64,000 bases of DNA from Dehalococcoidia bacterium (GCA_965207275.1 CBDBMH010000001.1:970444-1034443); one strand, 5' to 3'. Counted from the first letter of the stretch, positions 18,616 to 28,780 are shown. Notes: generated by a model not told the origin, from the letters alone. Numbers and translations: made by a program.

Positions 18616-19899
18616 CTACTCCGCCTGTCGCGCCTGGCCGCCCAGCTGCCGTATTTTCCCGTTGAACGCTCCCGTGGCCAGGGAGAACAGGACCACCGCC
18701 GCGCCGCCGATGGCCACGGCGAAGGGGGCGCCAATCCACGAAACGCTGGCCAGGGCGCCGGCCTGCAGGCCGCCCAGGGGCATAATACTGTAGGTCATTC
18801 CGTAGAAACCCATCACCCGACCCCGCACGTTGTCCGGCACCAGTACCTGCAGGGAACTCTGGATGGAGATCATGTAGACGGAGTTGCTGCAGCCCAGCAC
18901 TGCCATCAGCGCCAGGGCCAGGGGGAAGTTGCCCAGGAATTGGGAAGTCAGGCCAAAGGCGATGATGCCCAGGCCGAATACGACGGCCCCGGCCAGGATG
19001 GCAAGGCCCCGCCGTTCCAGGCCGCCCCGGGCGCCCAGCCAGATAGTGGTTACCAGGGAGCCCACGCCTCCCACGCCCAGCAGGATGCCCAGCCCCCGGC
19101 CTCCCACTTCCAGGACGTCTACCGCGAAAACGGGCATCAGCAGCACGTAGGCCATGCCGAAGAAGCTGTTGAAGAAGGTCATACCGATCAGGAAGGCGAA
19201 GATGCTGTTCTTCCCGATGAAGGCCATGCCCTCCCAAAGGGCGCGAGCCGGGTTACGGGGCGCCCCCGCGGGTATGGGGGGAATGCGCAGGAAGAGCATC
19301 ACCACGGCCATTACGAAGAATCCGGCGGAGGATACCACCAGGGCCGTACCGGTGTTGACCAGGTCGATGAGGAACCCGGCGACGGCCGGCGCCACAATGC
19401 GGGTGCCCTGCCAGATGCAGGAGTTAAGGGCCACGGCGCTGGTCATGGCGGAGCGTTCAATGAGGTGGGGGTAGAGGGCCTGGCGAGCCGGAGTGTCGAA
19501 GGCCTCAGCCGCCCCGGCCAGGAAGGCAATCACCAGGACGTGCCACACTTCCACCACGCCCAGCAGCGTCAGCAGGCCCATGACCAGTATGAACAGGCCG
19601 GTGCTGCCCTGGGTGCTGAATACCAGGGCGCGCTTGTCCAGGCGGTCGGCAAAGACACCGCCCACCAGGTTGAAGACAATGCCGGGCACGGCGTTGGCGG
19701 CCAGGGCATAACCCAGGTAGAGGGGAGAACCGGTCAGCTCGTACACCAGCCAGCCCTGGGCCACCCGGAACATCTGGAATCCGGTCACGGCGCAGAGCAT
19801 GCCGGTCCAATAAGCACGGAAGGCGGGGTAACGAAAGGCGGGCGGTACCCGGCTGCGATGCCGGTCAGCGCCGGGGCTGACGGTTGGCGTTTGCTGCAT
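18616..19899 (-). CDS. MFS transporter
   Basis: About 12 predicted TM segments. FRAYW N-terminus and a GGVFADRLDKR loop motif. Confidence 0.85.
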   Translation of the reverse strand: MQQTPTVSPGADRHRSRVPPAFRYPAFRAYWTGMLCAVTGFQMFRVAQGWLVYELTGSPLYLGYALAANAVPGIVFNLVGGVFADRLDKRALVFSTQGSTGLFILVMGLLTLLGVVEVWHVLVIAFLAGAAEAFDTPARQALYPHLIERSAMTSAVALNSCIWQGTRIVAPAVAGFLIDLVNTGTALVVSSAGFFVMAVVMLFLRIPPIPAGAPRNPARALWEGMAFIGKNSIFAFLIGMTFFNSFFGMAYVLLMPVFAVDVLEVGGRGLGILLGVGGVGSLVTTIWLGARGGLERRGLAILAGAVVFGLGIIAFGLTSQFLGNFPLALALMAVLGCSNSVYMISIQSSLQVLVPDNVRGRVMGFYGMTYSIMPLGGLQAGALASVSWIGAPFAVAIGGAAVVLFSLATGAFNGKIRQLGGQARQAE

Positions 19900-20027
19900 T
19901 AATCCAGGGAACCTCTGAAGAACATCATTCCCGCATTGTCGGGAATCTTAACATGGCAAGAACGGGGTTCCCGCCCGTTGGGAAATGAAGGCTGTATGGC
20001 AAGTGTTTCGACTTGTCCAAAGATTCC

Positions 20028-20579
20028 CTATGCAAAGATATCCGCCACGGGCATCTGCCATCCGGGTACTACATCGCCACCGTCCAGAGTATCACCCTCA
20101 TGCAGGATAACCGGGTTCATTCCGGCAACACGAACGGTGGCGGTGCGGTTCCGGGGATTGACCACCACCACCATACCGGCCCCGGCCTCCAGCCACTCGT
20201 CCACCTTCTCGTAAACTTCGGTATAGCGGTCATTGGGCGAGATAATCTCGATAGCCAGGTCGGGCGGGCCGGGCCAGTAGCCGGAGGGTATGCCCACCCC
20301 TTCCACGCGCTCCCGGCGGACAAAGGCGGCATCCGGGGCGCGCACGGTGTCCGGGTTCCTTGCCAGCAGGAACCCGGCGTCAGCCCCGAAAACTCTTCCC
20401 AGATTGTTGGCCTTGACATGGCCAAAAAGTGAAGCCCCTATTTGTATCCCACAAATTGAATGTTCCGAGCCGGCCGGCGCCATCTTCCGCAACTCACCTC
20501 GCACCAGTTCATACATGAACCCGTCATCGGGCATATCCAGCAATTCTTCGGCAGTTACCAGTTGAGTCTTGGCAACCAT
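20028..20579 (-). CDS. Uma2-family (DUF820) endonuclease, paralog of 16210..16761
   Basis: Roughly 60-65 percent amino-acid identity by eye to the first copy (YELVRGELRKMAPAG, PDLAIEIISPNDRYTEV, DTLDGGDVVPGW). Confidence 0.85.
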   Translation of the reverse strand: MVAKTQLVTAEELLDMPDDGFMYELVRGELRKMAPAGSEHSICGIQIGASLFGHVKANNLGRVFGADAGFLLARNPDTVRAPDAAFVRRERVEGVGIPSGYWPGPPDLAIEIISPNDRYTEVYEKVDEWLEAGAGMVVVVNPRNRTATVRVAGMNPVILHEGDTLDGGDVVPGWQMPVADIFA

Positions 20580-20649
20580 AATTTTCGCTCCCTGTGGGAT
20601 TCCCTGACTATGCGCTTAGCGGGGGGAGAAAATTTCCCCAAAGGGTTAC

Positions 20650-21576
20650 TTACCTGTGAAACCGGGGCAGGATTTCCTGGCCCATTATGTCCAGTTGCTC
20701 AACCGACTCCTCGCCGGAGCATAGGGGGCGCACCACGAACTTGGAGGCGCCGGCGTCGACGTAGCGCTGAATAACCTCGCTGACGTCGTCCACGTCGCCC
20801 AGGGCGCTGTACTCGGTAAAGTTCACGTCGGGACGGTGGCGGGTGACGTACTGGTGGGTCTGGGCCACGGCCTTGTCCCGGTCGGGGCAGATGTAGTAGC
20901 CCAGCAGCATCCCGATATGGTCTTCCTCGATCTCCCGCTCGCACTTGTCGGCGGTCTCGAAGACAATGTCCCGGCCGTCGCTGATCTCCTGGGTGGTAGC
21001 GCCCGAGACCAGCCAGCCGTCCCCGACCCGGCCCACCCGGCGGGCGGCGGCGGGGCTGCGACCGCCGATCCACACTGGCGGCGAAGGCTTGAAGCAGGTC
21101 TTGGGGGTGATGCTGACGTTGTGGCAGGTGAAGAACCGGCCCTCATGGGTTACGTTGTCTTCTTCCCACAGGCGGCGCATGAGGACGATGGCCTCGTCGG
21201 TGCGGCGGCTGCGGTCCTCCTTGGGGACGCCGCAGGCCTCGTACTCCTCGATTTCCTCGCCGCCCAGGCCCACGGCAGGGAAGCATCGGCCCTGGGACAG
21301 GAAGTCGAGAGTGGCGATCTGTTTGGCCAGGACCACGGGGTTGCGCAGGGGCAGGGCCAGGACGCTGGTGCCGAACTTCATGCGGTCGGACCAGGCGGCC
21401 ACCATGGAAAGGGCCACCATGGGTTCCAGGCTGAACCGGTCGCTGACGATGCGGTCGCTGAGCCAGATAGAGTCGTAGCCGTACCTGTCGCCCAGTTCCA
21501 CCAACTGACGCAGGAAGTCGGGGTCGTCGCCCCCCTGTCCGTAGGCGCCTGGCACGTATCCTATGGCAACGCTCAT
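20650..21576 (-). CDS. LLM-class F420-dependent-type oxidoreductase
   Basis: YDSIWLSDRI, FGTSVLALPLRNPVVLAKQIATLDFLSQGR, and PPVWIGG. GGGAGGA lies upstream of ATG 21576. Confidence 0.85.
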   Translation of the reverse strand: MSVAIGYVPGAYGQGGDDPDFLRQLVELGDRYGYDSIWLSDRIVSDRFSLEPMVALSMVAAWSDRMKFGTSVLALPLRNPVVLAKQIATLDFLSQGRCFPAVGLGGEEIEEYEACGVPKEDRSRRTDEAIVLMRRLWEEDNVTHEGRFFTCHNVSITPKTCFKPSPPVWIGGRSPAAARRVGRVGDGWLVSGATTQEISDGRDIVFETADKCEREIEEDHIGMLLGYYICPDRDKAVAQTHQYVTRHRPDVNFTEYSALGDVDDVSEVIQRYVDAGASKFVVRPLCSGEESVEQLDIMGQEILPRFHR

Positions 21577-21607
21577 GCTTCCTCCCAAGGTGGACCGAAT
21601 TGGGGTA

Positions 21608-21616
21608 ATTCTAGCA
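21608..21616 (-). promoter_or_regulatory. Extended -10 element TGCTAGAAT (minus strand) upstream of the LLM gene
   Basis: Reverse complement reads gTGcTAGAATta, about 32 nt upstream of ATG 21576. The same motif occurs at 47409 and 54128. Confidence 0.5.
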
Positions 21617-21626
21617 CAAGGGGAGG

Positions 21627-21694
21627 TTTATCCACGAACGGGCGCCAACACTTGCGAATTAAGGGCGAAAGGGGCACCTTTATTCGTGACGATT
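21627..21694. repeat. Family-3 motif pair with almost no insert (tttatccacgaacgggcgccaacacttgcgaa ... tttattcgtgacgatt)
   Basis: Left half resembles 12776..12811 and 48727..48762. The right half is an inverted CACGAA-type arm. Confidence 0.45.
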
Positions 21695-21737
21695 AGTGGG
21701 CATTAGGGGATTAGGACATCCTTCGAGGATCTTCGGG

Positions 21738-23168
21738 TTACTTCATGGATGAATCATCTTCCGGATCTTCAGGATGCCGCGTATGCCACTCCGTCCGAGC
21801 CTGGAATTCCCGGGCGATGGCCACGCAGATGTTTTCGTCGTAGGCGCGGGCCATGAACTGGATGCCGGTGGGCAGTCCATCGCTGTCGAAACCGCTGGGC
21901 ACGGATATGGACGGCAGGCCGCAACCGTTGCCGATGGAGCCCATCAGGTCGCCGGCGCCGGCGGAGGTCATGGAGCGGCTGCGAAACTCCTGGTCAATGG
22001 GCGTAGCGGTGTTCATGGCCGTGGGCGCCGCGATGGCGTCGTACTCTGCCATTGTTTCGTCCACCTGGCGTGCCATCACTCCGCGCAGGCGCAAGGCCTT
22101 GATGTAGTCGGTGGCCAGCACCGCCGGACGGGCGTAGGGACTGCGGCCGTGCCAGCCCGGGGCCGACAGTTCCCGGGGGCCGCCTTCGGCCAAGAAGTCC
22201 TCAAAGGCGCTGGCCGACTCCACCATAAGGATGACTGACGTTATTTCCACGTAGGGAAATTCCGGGAATGCCATTTCCTCCACGTCGGCCACGTCCCTCA
22301 AAACCTCGACTGCCGCCTCGAAGTTTTCCCTTACCGCATCGGAAGCCTCGTCCAGCGCGCCCCGGGGCACCCCTATGCGATAGCGACGTCCGAGGCTGAA
22401 GTCCGGGTTGTAGATGAAGGGTTCAGGGTGGGTGGAACCATCCTGTGGGTCGGGGCCGGAGATGGCCTCCAGCACAATACCGCAGTCGTCGGCGGTCAGG
22501 CACAGGGGCCCCAGCTTGTCCAGGGTCCAGCACAGGGCCATGGCCCCGTGACGGCTGACGCGTCCGTAGGTGGGACGCAGGCCGGCCAGGCCGCAGTTGT
22601 TGGCCGGAATCAGTATCGAACCCCAGGTTTCCGACCCGATGGCGAAGGGCGCCAGCCCTGCCGCCACCGCCGCGCCGGACCCGCTGGAGGATCCTCCCGT
22701 CCAGCGTCCCGTGTCCCAGGGATTCCTGGGCGGGCCGGTCAGCGATGCGTCCGGGTGGATGTAGCCCATCCCGCCGGCCAGTTCAATCATGGCCAGCTTG
22801 CCAGCCAGGGGAGCGCCGGCCGCTTCCAGCCTGTTCACCACGGTGGCATCGTAGTCAAACTGCTGGTCTTTGAATGGCGCCGCGCCCCAGGTGGTGGGGA
22901 TTCCACCGCTCGTCGCCAGCAGGTCCTTGGCGCCCCAGGGGATGCCATGCAGCAGTCCCCGGTTGCGTCCCGCCGCTAAATCCGATTGGGCCCGGCGGGC
23001 CGTAGCCAGGGCACGCTCGGCGGTAAGAGTCACCAGGGCATTGAAATAGGGGCCGTATTGTTCCAGCCGGTCCAGGAAGGCCTGGGTTAACTCGACAGGA
23101 GAGACCTGCTTGCCGGCGATAAGTCCGGCGAGTTCCCGGATGGGTTTGAAGGTGAATGTGTCGGCCAT
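21738..23168 (-). CDS. Amidase-signature family amidase (GatA/AtzE-like)
   Basis: GGSSSGSGAAVAAG amidase signature and LHGIPWGAKD. ATG 23168 sits 1 nt after the stop of the upstream small ORF. Confidence 0.9.
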   Translation of the reverse strand: MADTFTFKPIRELAGLIAGKQVSPVELTQAFLDRLEQYGPYFNALVTLTAERALATARRAQSDLAAGRNRGLLHGIPWGAKDLLATSGGIPTTWGAAPFKDQQFDYDATVVNRLEAAGAPLAGKLAMIELAGGMGYIHPDASLTGPPRNPWDTGRWTGGSSSGSGAAVAAGLAPFAIGSETWGSILIPANNCGLAGLRPTYGRVSRHGAMALCWTLDKLGPLCLTADDCGIVLEAISGPDPQDGSTHPEPFIYNPDFSLGRRYRIGVPRGALDEASDAVRENFEAAVEVLRDVADVEEMAFPEFPYVEITSVILMVESASAFEDFLAEGGPRELSAPGWHGRSPYARPAVLATDYIKALRLRGVMARQVDETMAEYDAIAAPTAMNTATPIDQEFRSRSMTSAGAGDLMGSIGNGCGLPSISVPSGFDSDGLPTGIQFMARAYDENICVAIAREFQARTEWHTRHPEDPEDDSSMK

Positions 23169-23169
23169 G

Positions 23170-23379
23170 TTAATCCCCCCGGAAGGGCCTGAAATTGGAG
23201 AAGGGCTCCACATTGTTGGCCAGCCGGAACTCGCGGATAGGTCGGAACACCTCCCGCTGGCCGACGATGGCGGTACGGACGCTGTCCAGTTGTTCATCAT
23301 TAAGCAGGTGGCCGTACTTTTCCTTGATGATGGCAAAAAGGAGTTCCGGTTCCAGGGAGTTTTGGGCTTCTGTAGTCAT
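23170..23379 (-). CDS. 69-aa GatC/AtzG-like small subunit candidate
   Basis: AGGAGG RBS and translational coupling to the amidase. The C-terminus ...LANNVEPFSNFRP resembles the GatC ..NVEPT.. motif. Confidence 0.55.
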   Translation of the reverse strand: MTTEAQNSLEPELLFAIIKEKYGHLLNDEQLDSVRTAIVGQREVFRPIREFRLANNVEPFSNFRPFRGD

Positions 23380-23426
23380 GGTGGCCTCCTGAGGTAAGCC
23401 TGTCCAATACAAAATGGCGCTTAGTT

Positions 23427-24719
23427 CTACCCGGTGTGCCGGTAGCGGTTTCGGGCGGTGAGGCGTACTCCCCAGATGAGAAAAACCGACCCGGTAGTGA
23501 GCGTGGCGGAAATGAGAAAGGCCCAGAAGTAATCGCCCTGCAGGTCGAAGAGCAGGCCGGCCAGGATGGGGCCCAGTCCGATACCGATGCCCCGTCCCAC
23601 TTCCATCATGCCCATCACCCTGCCCAGCATCCGGGGCGGGTACAGGTCCGCAGCCTTGGCCCCAATGAGCAGGCCGCTGATGCCGTCGCTGAGCCCGTTG
23701 AGGGCAACGAAAGTCACCAGCACCCACCACGTTCCGCCGGCGCTGAAAAAGAGCACCAGCACCACGGCAGCTACGGACATGGCCATACCGATGGTATAGA
23801 CAATCTCCCGTCCGATAATGTCGGACAGCAGGCCGGTGGCCGGGCGGCCGCCAATGCCCAGCATACCGGCGATTCCAATTGCCAGGGCGGCCTCGATCTT
23901 GCCGTAGCCAGCCAGGAAGAGGAAGGCCAGGATGTGGACCATTATCATGTGGTTGCCCACGGAATTGACGGCCCGGGCGCTCAGCAGGAGCCACACCGCC
24001 GGCTCGCGAAGAACCTCGCCCAACGGGGTTGGGGCCGGTTCTTCTGCCAGGGACGGCGGACCGGCCGGCGCAACGGGAACGCCAGCCGCTTCACTGGCGC
24101 TATCCTCTGTTCCGCCTGTTTCCCCCCACCCTGCCGGAGGCCTTTTCTGGAATAGCAGATTGGGAATGGCCACCAGAATGAAGAATGCCACGCCGAATAT
24201 CCGAAAGGCCCATTGCCATCCCAGGGTCGAGACGATCAACTGGGCCAGGGGAACCACAATGGCCTGGCCGGCCGGATTGCCAGCGTCGGCCATTCCCAGC
24301 GCAACACCCCTGGAGCGGGGGAACCAGGGCGCCAGCGTGGCAGTGGCGGAAAAGGAGGAAATGCCAACCTGGCCTACGGTGGCAACCACGCTGTAGAAGA
24401 AAAACAGTTGCCACACTTCGCTGACCATGCTGCTGGCCAGCCAGCCGGCGAGGATGAAACATCCGGCAATAGGGAACAGCACCCTGGGGCCAAAACGGTC
24501 CAGGACGATTCCCAGCAGGGGGGCGATAAAGGCCCCGAAAAGGCCCGAAGCGGAAAATACGGCGGCAGTGAACGCCACGCTGCTGCGGAAGTGGTCCCGC
24601 AGGGCGACCAGAAACACGCTCTGGACGTTCTTGGACCCGCCCTCAACGGTGAGGTTGGAAAAGGTCAGGAGGAAAATCACCCAACCGTAGTGAAGCCGGC
24701 GCTTGACGGCGGTTAACAA
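23427..24719 (-). CDS. MFS transporter
   Basis: 12 TM-like segments with a central hydrophilic loop. Confidence 0.85.
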   Translation of the reverse strand: MLTAVKRRLHYGWVIFLLTFSNLTVEGGSKNVQSVFLVALRDHFRSSVAFTAAVFSASGLFGAFIAPLLGIVLDRFGPRVLFPIAGCFILAGWLASSMVSEVWQLFFFYSVVATVGQVGISSFSATATLAPWFPRSRGVALGMADAGNPAGQAIVVPLAQLIVSTLGWQWAFRIFGVAFFILVAIPNLLFQKRPPAGWGETGGTEDSASEAAGVPVAPAGPPSLAEEPAPTPLGEVLREPAVWLLLSARAVNSVGNHMIMVHILAFLFLAGYGKIEAALAIGIAGMLGIGGRPATGLLSDIIGREIVYTIGMAMSVAAVVLVLFFSAGGTWWVLVTFVALNGLSDGISGLLIGAKAADLYPPRMLGRVMGMMEVGRGIGIGLGPILAGLLFDLQGDYFWAFLISATLTTGSVFLIWGVRLTARNRYRHTG

Positions 24720-25001
24720 GAGGCACCGGTTTTCATGATCGTGTCCGGATTGGTAATGGGAGGCATAAACGGTTTCGAATTTAAATGAATGCGTAGAAGC
24801 ATACCCGATACTGGTGATTCTTGAAACCGTTGCCTGTGGCCATGCCGGGTTCCGACTTGGGTAGACCCCTGTGTGAGGTCAGGCCAGGCAGTCAGGTCTG
24901 CCCTTACAGTTTGAACTTCCAGCTCCCCTACTTGAGAACGCTCCGGCCCAACTTGTCCAGGGCAATCGCGTCTTAAATTCGGCCCGCTACTTTAAAAAGA
25001 G

Positions 25002-25189
25002 GTCATGTCGCCCTGAGCTTGCCGAAGCAGGATGTCCGCCCTTGGCGGGGGCCTAATCCGCCTATGGCGGATCCTATCAGCCTCCGCCGCGGCGGACGGG
25101 TGTGAAAGCCCGTCTGTAGGTTGGAGTTTACCCGCCGCGGCGGGTTCGGAGGAGTTTAGCCTGAGCCCGGCCGAAGGGCTCAGTGTGAC
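25002..25189 (+). repeat. Family-1 palindromic element, long variant (188 bp)
   Basis: Starts gtcatgtcgccctgagcttgccgaag. Contains hairpin modules gtccgcccttggcggggg and tttacccgccgcggcgggttcgg. Ends ctgagcccggccgaagggctcagtgtgac. Confidence 0.7.
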
Positions 25190-25579
25190 AATTGGCTAAG
25201 GCGCGATTGCCCTGGGATTTATTCAGAGTATTCCCAAAACTCCTGGCTGGCAGTCCTGGATTGGGTCCCAATGCCTGGCTGGCAGCTGCGAACTCCGATT
25301 TTCGGCGGCCGCCCCGGTAGAATACCCGCCTTTGGCGGGCGGACTGAGCTTGACCGAAGGGCTCGGCATGACATTCTTTAAAACGCCATTGCCCTGCTGA
25401 CACCTGCCTCTTGATTCCCTGGGTAACGCTTCCCTACCATACTTTCATGGCCCATTCACGACATAGCCCTGCCAAGCTCGAATTAACCCTTTCCCTCAGG
25501 GAGCAGCATTCGCCTCAGGCGGACCCCTGGCGGGAGCGGCCGGAGGTCGGAAAACCTCCCTGGCTCCAGGCTGGACAGT

Positions 25580-25625
25580 GGCCCAAAACGGCCCAAAACG
25601 GCCCAAAACGGCCCGGAATGGCCCA
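25580..25625 (+). repeat. 10-bp tandem array GGCCCAAAAC x3 followed by GGCCCGGAAT and a partial unit GGCCCA (phased A-tracts)
   Basis: Read directly from the sequence; the period is exactly 10 nt. Confidence 0.9.
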
Positions 25626-25709
25626 CCCAGTCTGCCCTTTTCCTATCTGGCCAGCGGCCCATTTTCGGGCCACCGGGGCGCCATCTGACCCATATTCCAG
25701 ATACGAAAC

Positions 25710-25761
25710 GGCCCAAAATGGCCCAAAATGGCGCGGAAATCAAAAAAACTTGCATTATCTG
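25710..25761 (+). repeat. GGCCCAAAAT x2 + GGCGCGGAAAT + A7 + TTGCATTATCTG block; inverted homolog at 39683..39730
   Basis: About 45 of 48 positions match the reverse complement of 39683..39730, with small indels. Confidence 0.85.
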
Positions 25762-26208
25762 AGAAACCCGAGACAGGCGTGAACCCATTGGCTGGCCCAC
25801 GATTCAGGCTCTTAAGTCGGTTGTTGGCGTTTCCGTTCCCGGGGAACCTGGAGGCGGCCGGTCACCAGGCCAACGGCAATATGCTATGGGGAAGACCCGT
25901 CGCTCCCGTGCCGGTAGAATATCCGCCTCTGGCGGGCGGGATATTCGAACCGGGAGAAAGAGCGCTTTTCCCTCATACGTCAGCTGAAAGCCTATTGTCG
26001 GAATCAAAATGCCATTGCCCTTCCGAACCTGTCCCGTTGCGGCGCCCCGGTCCTTCCGCTAGACTACCCTACGGCCCGGATAGTGGGCCGCACTTGGAAA
26101 GTATCACCCTTGGGAAGCGGGGCGGGGCGTTACGTCACTTCCGGATTCCACCCGGCTTATCTCCCACAGCAAGTCTTGACCGCAAGCAGGTATACGGAGG
26201 GTAAATTA

Positions 26209-27570
26209 ATGTCCAGCGTTAGCAGCATCACCCCGGAACTGATCCATTACCTCTCCGGCGCCCTGGACGCCGAGCTTCCCCCCAACGTGCTGGAAAAGGC
26301 CAAGCACCATATCCTGGATACCCTGGCCGCGATGGTGTCCGGTTCCGTCCTGAAACCTGGAGTCCTGGCCCGTCAATACATTCAGCAGCAGGCAGGGCCC
26401 GAGGAGGCCCAGGTGGTCGGCAGCTCGATGGTAGTTTCGGCGGTGAATGCCGCCATCGCCAACGGTATGATGGCCCACGCTGATGAGACGGACGACTCCA
26501 ACGGGTCGGCGGGTATCCACCCGGGTTGCGCTATTCTGCCCGCCGCCATGGCCATGGCTGAGCGGGAAAACGCCAATGGTTCGGACTTCATCAAGGCCGT
26601 GGCGCTGGGTTACGACATCGGCAGCCGCACTACCAAGGCCCTGGGCCGGGAAGAGATGCGAGCCCGCAATCACCTGCCCTTCAGCATCGGCGGCACCATT
26701 GGAGCCACCGCCGCGGCGGGTTGCCTGGCCGGCCTGAAGGAAGACCAGTACCGCGACCTGCTGTCCTACGGCGCCCAGCAGGCGTCGGGGATTATGACCT
26801 ATCCAAGAGACGTGGAACACATCGAGAAGGCCTTCATTTTCGGCGGAATGAACGCCCGCAACGGGGTAATGGCCGCCGAGATGGTGCAGATGGGTTTCAC
26901 CGGCGTGTATGACACCTTTACCGGCGACGGCAATTTCCTGGTGGCCTACGCAGATAATCCCAGGGGTGAGCAACTTGTGGCCGAACTGGGCAGCCGCTAC
27001 GAGGTGATGCTGACCAACATCAAGAAGTTCTGCGTGGGCTTCCCCATCCAGTCACCGGCTGAGGGCTTGATCATGATTATGGACAAGCACGGTGTCGGCG
27101 CTGGCGACGTGGAGAAGATCGTCGCCCGGCTGCCGGAGGGCGGGGCACACACCGTCAATGACCGGGAGATGCCGGACATTAACCTGCAGTACATCTTCGC
27201 CATCGCCCTGCTGGATGGCCGAGTTTCCTTCGAGGCGGCCCATTCCTTCGAGCGGATGGCGGACCCGGACGTGGTGGACCTGCGCTCCCGGGTAACGCTC
27301 ATTGGCGACCCGGAACTCAGCGGAGCCCAGCCCGACTACCAGGCCATCGTCGAGGTAACCACGAAAGACGGCACAGTGCATGAGGAGCGGGTTACCAGTT
27401 TCCGGGGTCGGGCGGAGAATCCCCTGTCCCGGGAGGAAGTGGGCGAAAAGGCCCTGGACCTGATGGAACCGGTGCTGGGGAATGCTCAGTCCACGGAACT
27501 GATAGACGCCGTCAACCGGATGGAGACCCTGCCCAGCGTCCGGGAGTTGCGGCCGCTGCTGTCGGTGTAA
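26209..27570 (+). CDS. MmgE/PrpD-family protein (2-methylcitrate dehydratase-like)
   Basis: KHHILDTLAAMVSG, AHADETDDS, and length 453 aa. GGAGG lies 8 nt upstream of ATG 26209. Confidence 0.9.
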   Translation: MSSVSSITPELIHYLSGALDAELPPNVLEKAKHHILDTLAAMVSGSVLKPGVLARQYIQQQAGPEEAQVVGSSMVVSAVNAAIANGMMAHADETDDSNGSAGIHPGCAILPAAMAMAERENANGSDFIKAVALGYDIGSRTTKALGREEMRARNHLPFSIGGTIGATAAAGCLAGLKEDQYRDLLSYGAQQASGIMTYPRDVEHIEKAFIFGGMNARNGVMAAEMVQMGFTGVYDTFTGDGNFLVAYADNPRGEQLVAELGSRYEVMLTNIKKFCVGFPIQSPAEGLIMIMDKHGVGAGDVEKIVARLPEGGAHTVNDREMPDINLQYIFAIALLDGRVSFEAAHSFERMADPDVVDLRSRVTLIGDPELSGAQPDYQAIVEVTTKDGTVHEERVTSFRGRAENPLSREEVGEKALDLMEPVLGNAQSTELIDAVNRMETLPSVRELRPLLSV

Positions 27571-27602
27571 AAGGGGGTCCGTTTCCGTAGTAGGCCATCG
27601 CT

Positions 27603-27713
27603 ATTGGATTGATGGCTACAATGGGAGTCCGTTCGTGGTGAGCTTGTCGAACCACCAGCGGAAGGCCCGTCGACAAGAGCGGGGCGAACGGCAAATCACC
27701 CATCAATCCAAAT
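27603..27713. repeat. 111-bp nested imperfect palindrome between convergent genes
   Basis: Outer arms attggattgatgg / ccatcaatccaaat. Inner arms gtccgttcg / cgaacgg and cttgtcga / tcgacaag. Confidence 0.75.
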
Positions 27714-27795
27714 AATTTGATCTACTAGACCCGAAATACCGTGGGCGCATGGCCATGCGCCCCTACACTTGATTCCGGCGTTTTTCGTTCTACTA

Positions 27796-28779
<984 letters not shown>

Positions 28780-28780
28780 G

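Noticed and set aside
16210-20579. Two Uma2 endonuclease paralogs in inverted orientation as ends of a composite element around rsmG, an epimerase and an MFS gene
   Set aside because: The copies are only about 60-65 percent identical at the protein level, and no flanking inverted DNA repeats were seen. Uma2 genes are typically multi-copy, and rsmG is a housekeeping gene.
25580-25625. Possible CRISPR array
   Set aside because: The units are 10 nt and directly abutting with no spacers, and no cas genes are present. This is a simple tandem repeat.
25411-25800. ORFs on both strands across the GGCCCAAAA arrays, and ORF 39667..39960, sharing a PFWAILGR peptide
   Set aside because: The shared peptide is only the translation of the DNA repeat. 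Differences between the copies are not synonymous-biased, and there is no RBS or further coding signal.
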